Part shown: positions 27,025 through 33,567 of the stretch, piece after piece
Position numbering within the stretch: position 1 is the first letter of the stretch
Layout: each line of letters opens with the position of its first letter
IMG/VR virus record: IMGVR_UViG_3300016484_001207
Location: 1-33,567 of that record
Origin: a virus
Taxonomy: Duplodnaviria; Caudoviricetes
DNA: 33,567 bases
Reading direction: 5' to 3' (one strand)
Made by a program: the position numbers and the translations under genes
The notes under the pieces: model-generated
Database searches by the model: none
Told to the model about the DNA's origin: nothing
The model's input: only the letters and a program-made list of their open reading frames with translations

Positions 27025-28917
27025 ATGAACACTGTTGACATAAAAAGAATTAACAGCAGCGGCGTAATTGAATTTATTGCCACCATAAAGCCAGACAAAA
27101 GCAGCGCTCAGGTAAAAAAAGTAATGGGAGAAAACCTGCTAAACATCAGCTTTGAAGATAGCCGGTACATCTCCTTTAAAATAAATGATTACTGTCAGGT
27201 GTTTGGAGAAACCTACACACTAAGCCAGTTACCTGTGGTTACAAAGCAAAGCCAGTTTTTGTATAAATACAGCCTGGTTATGTATGCTGAATACTATGAC
27301 CTGAGCAAAGCGCAATACCTTTTTTTAGGCAGCGATAATACAAAACGGGAAAGCGAATTTTCTTTAAGAGGTACCGCAAATGATTTTATGGACCTCATTA
27401 TTTCAAACGCTGCCAGAATTGGTACCGGATGGACAAAAGGCGAAGTGCTGCCCACAGGTTATAAAGACATCACCTTTAACAAAGAAAACTGTTATGATGC
27501 ACTGGTACGCATTGCAGAAGCCTTTAACACTGAGTTTTCTTTCAATGGCAAAATCATTCACCTTATAAAAAAAGTGCAGGATGTTGGCCATACGTATAAG
27601 CACGGCCGCAACCGTGGTTTGTACGAAATAACAAGGCAAACCTATAACAACAGCAACGTGGTTACCCGCCTGTATGCCTATGGCAGCGAAAAGAATTTGC
27701 CACCTGCTTATATCACATTGGGAAAAAGGCTGCGTTTTCCCGGTGGCTACAATCCCTGTTTAATATCCAATTTAACCTGTTTGCTTACTGATAATGGAGA
27801 TGGCACACAAACATTTGATTTTACATGGAATGCACCACTAAGCCCCGGCGTAACAGATGTAAGTATTGAATACCGCCTAACAGGTACCAACGATCCATGG
27901 CAGTTTCAGTTGGGTGTACCAGCAACGCCACGGTCCTTAACAGTGCCCAACGGCAATTACGAATTTAGATTTAGAACCTATGGCAGCAGCTGCTGGGTAT
28001 TTACACCCGGTTATGGCATACCAACAGAGGTGGTGGTAATTACCACTACCATTGCAAGCCCTGTATTAGTGTATGTGCCCCTGCCTTATGTTGAAAGAAA
28101 TGTGGCAGTGTATGGCGTAATTGAAGCCACAGAAATATTTGAAGATATTTATCCCAACAGAACAGGAACGGTATCGGCGGTTAACCTTACTGATGTATAT
28201 GAATTTACTGATGCGGCCATGCCCTTTGATGTAAACTCATACCTGCTGCCGGGCCTTACACCTAAAATAACTTTTAATACCGGGCAGCTGGCAGGTTATA
28301 CTTTTGATGTGCAGAGTTACGATAACACATTTAAGCGCTTCAAAATTTTAAAAAATGCAGATGAAAGGTTGCTAGATATTCCCAGCAGTTCATTAAAACC
28401 AGCCATTGGAGATGAATATGTGATTACAGATATTGAAATGCCAACCAGTTACGTTACCGATGCTGAAACAAGGCTGAAAAATGCAGCCATAGCAAGGCTG
28501 GCAGAACTTTCAGAGCCACAGTTATCTTACACTGTTGTATTAGACCCCGCCTTTATAAAAAGAACAGGCAGAAACATCCGCATTGGAGATTTGGTTTGGA
28601 TAGTGGATACAGAGCTGGAAGTGCAAAAGAAAATACGTGTAACATCCACCACAAGAAATATTGTTGAAGAATATCAGTACACGGTGGAGTTATCAGATCT
28701 TGTTTCACCCGGAACAATACAAAGAATCATTGCTTCCACAGAAAATAACGACCGCAATCTGCAGCAGATTGGCAGCCAGCTAAACAACAACAGCATTCTT
28801 AACAATAATGTAATTGGCACTTTAACCTTTACACAAATGCCAACTACTTCCACCATGACAGGATTTGATAGCGTGGTAATTGAGCAGGCAACCGGCAAAC
28901 TGCATAAGAAGGTTTAA
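27025..28917 (+). CDS. Tail tip/baseplate hub protein (Tal-like) with fibronectin type III insertion
   Basis: VMGEN, VVTRLYAYGSEKNLP, FEDIYP.RTGTV, FNTGQLAGY motifs; FN3-like FTWNAP...IEYR...YEFRFR. Confidence 0.75.
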   Translation: MNTVDIKRINSSGVIEFIATIKPDKSSAQVKKVMGENLLNISFEDSRYISFKINDYCQVFGETYTLSQLPVVTKQSQFLYKYSLVMYAEYYDLSKAQYLFLGSDNTKRESEFSLRGTANDFMDLIISNAARIGTGWTKGEVLPTGYKDITFNKENCYDALVRIAEAFNTEFSFNGKIIHLIKKVQDVGHTYKHGRNRGLYEITRQTYNNSNVVTRLYAYGSEKNLPPAYITLGKRLRFPGGYNPCLISNLTCLLTDNGDGTQTFDFTWNAPLSPGVTDVSIEYRLTGTNDPWQFQLGVPATPRSLTVPNGNYEFRFRTYGSSCWVFTPGYGIPTEVVVITTTIASPVLVYVPLPYVERNVAVYGVIEATEIFEDIYPNRTGTVSAVNLTDVYEFTDAAMPFDVNSYLLPGLTPKITFNTGQLAGYTFDVQSYDNTFKRFKILKNADERLLDIPSSSLKPAIGDEYVITDIEMPTSYVTDAETRLKNAAIARLAELSEPQLSYTVVLDPAFIKRTGRNIRIGDLVWIVDTELEVQKKIRVTSTTRNIVEEYQYTVELSDLVSPGTIQRIIASTENNDRNLQQIGSQLNNNSILNNNVIGTLTFTQMPTTSTMTGFDSVVIEQATGKLHKKV

Positions 28918-28980
28918 ACTAATTGCCTTTCTTTAAAAGAAATAACTATATGCCGCTGCAATCATTTTTAGTATTGCAGC

Positions 28981-30303
28981 ATGGCGTTGGTACCAACAGT
29001 TAAAATACCGGAGCTGCAACCACTAACGGTTGGTTTAGACCTCGATAATGCGGATAAGTTACCTATTCATATTTTTTCTGAAAACAAAACAAAACGGGTA
29101 TCACTGCAGCAGCTCTCACAATTTATTGTAAGCGGTGGCGGCTCATCCATTCCGCCGGCTGTTTGGGGTGCAGAGGTTATTTACACCGTAAATGCATTAG
29201 CAGCCGGTACCGATACTGCATCCATCGCATCACTTGCAGGAAAATCCTTTACGCTGGAACGCATGGGAGTTCCCATGATTCCACTATTACCCGATTTAAG
29301 TAATGCAGCTGTTGCCGATTTTGAAGTATTGGTGGCAGGCGGCTTTAAACTTACCAGCAATCAGCCGCCATTGGTATTGGATGAAAGATTTAAACTGCAG
29401 GTTTTTTCACTCATCAGCACCACGCCTGGCAATACCACCACGCCTTTTATTAAAGGTAAAAGAGTAATTGCCAACACTGCAGCACTCGACCCTGTAAACG
29501 ATGCCAATAAAATCATACAGTTCCGTGGCACCAATACTTACATTACCTGCACCATACCCGACCTTATTGATATACCAGAAAATACAGTTTTCTTTTTAGA
29601 TGCATCCATTAACCAAAATAAACCGGTAACTGTTACCACCACAGGCGGCCAGTATTTCTATTTCAATAATCAAAGCAAAACAACCATATACATCATGCCC
29701 GGCGAAGTATGCTGGATATTTCGTGATGCTGATGGATTTTATTTTTTAAATGACTTCGCAAAAAATTATTTGAACATAGGCAACCCGTTATCAGCTTTTA
29801 AAAAAGGCCTCAATCAATTAGTGTTCAATGGCGCAGAAGTGCTTCGCTCAGACTATCCACGCCTGTTTGAAGCATGCCAGGCTTTTTCAGGCAGCTATAT
29901 TACAAAAACGCTTTGGCAAACAGCATCAGCAACCGTTGGTGGCGTGGAAGTATTAAAGCCTTACCGTGGCTGTTTTTATGATGGAGATGGCAGTACCACA
30001 TTTGGCCTGCCTGATATGATGAATACTTTTTTACGTGGCTTGCTTGCTGAAACAGGTACCGATGCTGAAAGGCTGTTGAATAAAGCAGGCGGCTTTCAAA
30101 GAAACAGTTTTGAAGAGCATAATCATAGGGTTGACACAACGGGCAATCAATCCGGTGTTGACCCTGGCCGTGCAATACAGCGCAGCAATACAAATGGAGA
30201 TGGATACAGCAACGGATCGGGAGGAAATGATTATATAGAAACAGTGGGTGGTATAGAAACAAGGCCTGATAATATTGGTGTGCTGTGGATTTGTAACACA
30301 TAA
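28981..30303 (+). CDS. Tail fibre protein with tail-collar domain
   Basis: NGAEVLRSDYPRLF, GDGSTTFGLPD..NTFLRG, HNH, ETRPDNI. Confidence 0.8.
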   Translation: MALVPTVKIPELQPLTVGLDLDNADKLPIHIFSENKTKRVSLQQLSQFIVSGGGSSIPPAVWGAEVIYTVNALAAGTDTASIASLAGKSFTLERMGVPMIPLLPDLSNAAVADFEVLVAGGFKLTSNQPPLVLDERFKLQVFSLISTTPGNTTTPFIKGKRVIANTAALDPVNDANKIIQFRGTNTYITCTIPDLIDIPENTVFFLDASINQNKPVTVTTTGGQYFYFNNQSKTTIYIMPGEVCWIFRDADGFYFLNDFAKNYLNIGNPLSAFKKGLNQLVFNGAEVLRSDYPRLFEACQAFSGSYITKTLWQTASATVGGVEVLKPYRGCFYDGDGSTTFGLPDMMNTFLRGLLAETGTDAERLLNKAGGFQRNSFEEHNHRVDTTGNQSGVDPGRAIQRSNTNGDGYSNGSGGNDYIETVGGIETRPDNIGVLWICNT

Positions 30304-30312
30304 ATTATTTGT

Positions 30313-32772
30313 ATGAAAAAAATAGTTTTATTTCTTTTAACAATATTGTTTTGCGGTGCCCTGTTTGCACAGCCTGGCAACTGGCAGGCCCGTGGCACAA
30401 GAGATAAGTATGAGGGTATAGCCGCAAAAAAAGTTTTACTAATACCCACCGGATGCGGTGCACCTTCAGCGCTTTTATCAAAAGACAGTTTGGAAAAGCA
30501 AGGTGCTTTATTTGCAGATACCTGCAATAACAGGCTGTATTTTTTCAACAGTAAAACACTGGTTTGGGATAGTGTGCATGTTGGTGTGGCTGCAGCAGGC
30601 AGTGGCGGCGGTTCTGGCAACTTCAATGCAGGCTCATACTACAGAATTTTAAACCCCGGCACACAGGCTATGAAAACAATACAGCCAGCCTTTGGCGTTA
30701 GTATTGATAGCGCCACTGATTACTTAACCTTTGAAGCAGATACTGCTGCACTAAGCACAAAAGCCAATGTCCAAAAATTACACGAAATTTTAGATGCCAA
30801 AAAACTTGAAACCGCTGACAGTGGCCTTGTAAAAACAGGTGTAACGATTACCCCTGATGACCGGATGGCGACAGTTGCCCAAATAGGAAACTACACAGGC
30901 AAGTCAAGACTATTAACGGTTGAAGATACTTTAAGAGGCGGTATGTTTATAAGATACACCGGTACGGATGCAGTTGATAACGGAATGATTTTTAGCGATG
31001 CGTTGGGAAGAAAGTGGTTAAGGAAAAATATAGATGGCAGGATTAACGTAGCGTGGTATGGTGCAAAGTCAGATAATGCAATTGATTGTTCGCCATTATT
31101 TGAGGCTGCAAGGGATTACTATTATAAGCATCCTAATACCTGTCAGGAGTTTATTATTCCTTTTAGCGCAAATGCAGCAGCAAATAACCGTTACATTTTT
31201 ACAAGGGAGCTGAAATTTACGCAGCCGATAAATATTGTGGGCACGGGCATAAATAAACCGTTGCTTTATTTTCCCGGAAACATGAGGGGCGTATTTTTTC
31301 AGCAGTTTGACCTTGACTTTTTCTCTACAGTAAAAAACATAAGAGTTGAACAAGGCTGGTTACCTGCTGCTGAAAGAGACAGCACAAGAGCGGCAATAAC
31401 TGTTAGATGCCGTATGGATATGTACTACACAGATGTGCTTTTTTCCACAGGGCCATGCTTAGAAGTTGCCGCAGTAAGTGGCGGCGACAGTACAACCAAT
31501 CCTTTAGTTGGGCAGGCTTCTTTTGCCATGTTTACACATTGCTTTTTTGGCGAGGGATTGTTTGGCGTTAAAATAGAAGGTAACGAAGCTAACAGTATGA
31601 CATTTCTAAACTGTGAATTTCGTTCAAATAGGAGATGGGGAGTATATGATAATGGATTTTTAAGCAGCCGGTTTATCAATTGCGGCTATCAAGGAAATAG
31701 TAATAGTTCGATAGCAGGCGCAAAAACAACTGTTCTTTATGGAGGAAAGTACTATGCTGCAACAGCATTGCATGACGATGGCACAGGCATAGGTAAAAGG
31801 CCTGATTTATACCCTGCTTATTGGATAGAAACCGGCCCCCGTGCTTGGACAGCATGGGACACAACGGCGCACTATTGGAGTGGAGGAAGCTATTATATAA
31901 AAGATGCTAATGGTGCAGGTGGACAAATTTTCCCTTATGTTGAAAGTGACGATGGCCCGTATGAAATAAACCCTAAAAGTTTAAGTATTGGCGGCGTTGA
32001 TGGCGTTGGCGTTGGCACAGGTAAAAGAATTGCAGCAACAGTTGATGGCATTGCATTAATAGGCAGTGTTTATTTGCCAGAAACAAACAACGCAAACACA
32101 ATTAACAGTTTTAGAGTAAATGTAAACTCTCCCGATTATACTACAGTTGCACATTTTAAAAACAAAAATGGCACTCCTTATAGTTTAGCTGTGGAAGGGT
32201 ATAATACAATTGCAGCACAACGGTTTAAAAACAGCGGAGGCGTACATGGTGAATTTGACTATATAGGTACAGATTTTCAATGGTATTCAGGTGCAACTTT
32301 AGCTGCAACGTTAAACACAACAAGCCTTGTTCCCGGCGCAAACAACACCTCCGATTTAGGTTCTACAGGCACAAGGTGGAAAGACGTTTACGCCGCCACA
32401 TACACCGGCAGCGGTGCAGGGCTTACATCAATTCCGCAATCAGCAGTAACGGGCTTACCAGCCGATTTGCTTTCTATATTTAAAAAGTCGGCTACTTACA
32501 GCGTGGTGGCAACAGATGCAAATATTACCGCTGCACCGGGCACGGTGTATCACTTGCCAGCAGCCACGATAAGTGCTAATAGAACGATAAATGTATCTGC
32601 CATATCAACAGAAAACGATTATATCGAAATTTTAAACAATGAAGCTGGCTTTACATGGAGTTTTACCGGAGCAACTGTTTACTTTGTTGACAGAACAACA
32701 ACCGTAACAAATCTGGTAACTGATGCTCACTATAAAATCCGATTAATAAACGGCAAATTAATTATACTATAA
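30313..32772 (+). CDS. Tailspike-like beta-helix (pectate lyase-like) protein with signal peptide
   Basis: INVAWYGAKSD..DCS..FEAA beta-helix start; DLGSTGTRWKDVYA fibre motif; N-terminal MKKIVLFLLTILFCGALFA/Q. Confidence 0.7.
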   Translation: MKKIVLFLLTILFCGALFAQPGNWQARGTRDKYEGIAAKKVLLIPTGCGAPSALLSKDSLEKQGALFADTCNNRLYFFNSKTLVWDSVHVGVAAAGSGGGSGNFNAGSYYRILNPGTQAMKTIQPAFGVSIDSATDYLTFEADTAALSTKANVQKLHEILDAKKLETADSGLVKTGVTITPDDRMATVAQIGNYTGKSRLLTVEDTLRGGMFIRYTGTDAVDNGMIFSDALGRKWLRKNIDGRINVAWYGAKSDNAIDCSPLFEAARDYYYKHPNTCQEFIIPFSANAAANNRYIFTRELKFTQPINIVGTGINKPLLYFPGNMRGVFFQQFDLDFFSTVKNIRVEQGWLPAAERDSTRAAITVRCRMDMYYTDVLFSTGPCLEVAAVSGGDSTTNPLVGQASFAMFTHCFFGEGLFGVKIEGNEANSMTFLNCEFRSNRRWGVYDNGFLSSRFINCGYQGNSNSSIAGAKTTVLYGGKYYAATALHDDGTGIGKRPDLYPAYWIETGPRAWTAWDTTAHYWSGGSYYIKDANGAGGQIFPYVESDDGPYEINPKSLSIGGVDGVGVGTGKRIAATVDGIALIGSVYLPETNNANTINSFRVNVNSPDYTTVAHFKNKNGTPYSLAVEGYNTIAAQRFKNSGGVHGEFDYIGTDFQWYSGATLAATLNTTSLVPGANNTSDLGSTGTRWKDVYAATYTGSGAGLTSIPQSAVTGLPADLLSIFKKSATYSVVATDANITAAPGTVYHLPAATISANRTINVSAISTENDYIEILNNEAGFTWSFTGATVYFVDRTTTVTNLVTDAHYKIRLINGKLIIL

Positions 32773-33567
32773 TGAAAAGATTATTGTTTATACTTTTTCT
32801 GTTTGCTTTTAAATCTTATTCGCAAATAACCATACAACAGCAGCAGGGAGGCAACACACAGCTAAATGCTTTACTTCCCTCTCAAACAGGCAACAACGGA
32901 AAAGTGCTGCAAACAAACGGCAGTGCAGTATCATGGCAAACGGTTGCAGGCGGTGGCGGTATCAGTTATCCATACACTATAAATAAATATTTGAACGGGT
33001 ACGGCAACTTCGCTACTTTAAACACCGATAGTTTAACGGAGGGCAGTAATTTATTTCACACCAACACAAGGGCAAGGGCTGCACTTTCTTTTACTGCTGG
33101 CAGCGGAGCTTACAACAGCAGCACAGGGGTTTTTACAATACCTACTAACACAGGGCATTTAACAACGGTAACAGATAAAAACTTTGTTACCGATGCACAG
33201 TTAACAGTTATCGGTAATACCAGCGGTACAAACACGGGAGACCAAACAAGCGTAACCGGCAACGCAGGTACTGCCACAGCCTTGCAAACAGCACGTACAA
33301 TCAACGGTACTTCATTCGATGGCACGGCTAATATTAATATTACTGAAAATGAAAACTCCGTAAAATTCTTTACCGATTTTATTACAGCCGGTACAAGTGC
33401 TTCGCCTCCGTTTGTATTTACAGCAGTTAGTACCGGCACAAGTGCTACAAATAACGCAAACTTAAACGGCAACCGTCCGGGAGTGCAAAGGTTAACATCT
33501 TCCACCACTGCAAACGGTGGCTATCGAATACTCACAGACGTTACAACAATACGTATAAAAGGCGGCG
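32772..33567 (+). CDS. Tail fibre-like protein with signal peptide (partial, runs off the window; not in the ORF track)
   Basis: MKRLLFILFLFAFKSYS/Q...; LPSQTGNNGKVLQTNG, TDSLTEGSNLFHTNTRARAA, GNAGTATALQTARTINGTSFDGTANI. Confidence 0.75.
   Translation, partial: MKRLLFILFLFAFKSYSQITIQQQQGGNTQLNALLPSQTGNNGKVLQTNGSAVSWQTVAGGGGISYPYTINKYLNGYGNFATLNTDSLTEGSNLFHTNTRARAALSFTAGSGAYNSSTGVFTIPTNTGHLTTVTDKNFVTDAQLTVIGNTSGTNTGDQTSVTGNAGTATALQTARTINGTSFDGTANINITENENSVKFFTDFITAGTSASPPFVFTAVSTGTSATNNANLNGNRPGVQRLTSSTTANGGYRILTDVTTIRIKGG

Larger units (their letters stand above)
1..33567 (+). mobile_element. Siphovirus-type phage/prophage segment (probable Bacteroidota host)
   Basis: Continuous replication-packaging-head-neck-tail synteny; long tape measure and no sheath gene; no integrase, att site or host genes inside the window. 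Confidence 0.95.

Noticed and set aside
28955-28980. 8-bp inverted repeat GCTGCAAT/ATTGCAGC before the tail fibre ATG
   Set aside because: Short and single; possibly regulatory but unsupported
401-33508. Numerous short antisense/overlapping ORFs in the track
   Set aside because: They are shadows of long, motif-supported + strand genes
28981-33567. Diversity-generating retroelement or invertible fibre locus
   Set aside because: No RT, invertase or TR/VR-type repeat pair seen within the window

Overview
A 33.6-kb stretch of a long-tailed, non-contractile (siphovirus-type) phage or prophage. The host is most likely Bacteroidota: the DnaB is Bacteroidota-like, leaders are A-rich without Shine-Dalgarno, there is a TAnnTTTG promoter box, and signal peptides are cleaved before Gln. 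Order on the + strand: replication/modification genes (ASCH-like, DnaB, RuvC-like nuclease, XRE HTH, C5 DNA methyltransferase), an accessory region, packaging genes (ParB-like, TerS, TerL, SPP1-type portal), head genes (MuF with a metallopeptidase tail, scaffold, decoration, MCP), neck, then tail genes (tube, chaperone with -1 frameshift, tape measure, Dit, Tal, fibres). The standout is 5592-7560. Four related long hairpin sites with fixed geometry separate three units whose own two ends are 14-15-bp inverted repeats, which resembles an integron-like cassette array. No integrase is present in the window, the cores are non-canonical, folding is biased to the sense strand, one gene appears to borrow its start codon from the upstream site, and one unit is a non-coding structured RNA. 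Also notable are two tail-fibre/spike-like genes with Sec signal peptides, and a MuF-zincin fusion facing a small acidic antisense ORF. All calls are by eye from motifs and synteny; no searches were run.
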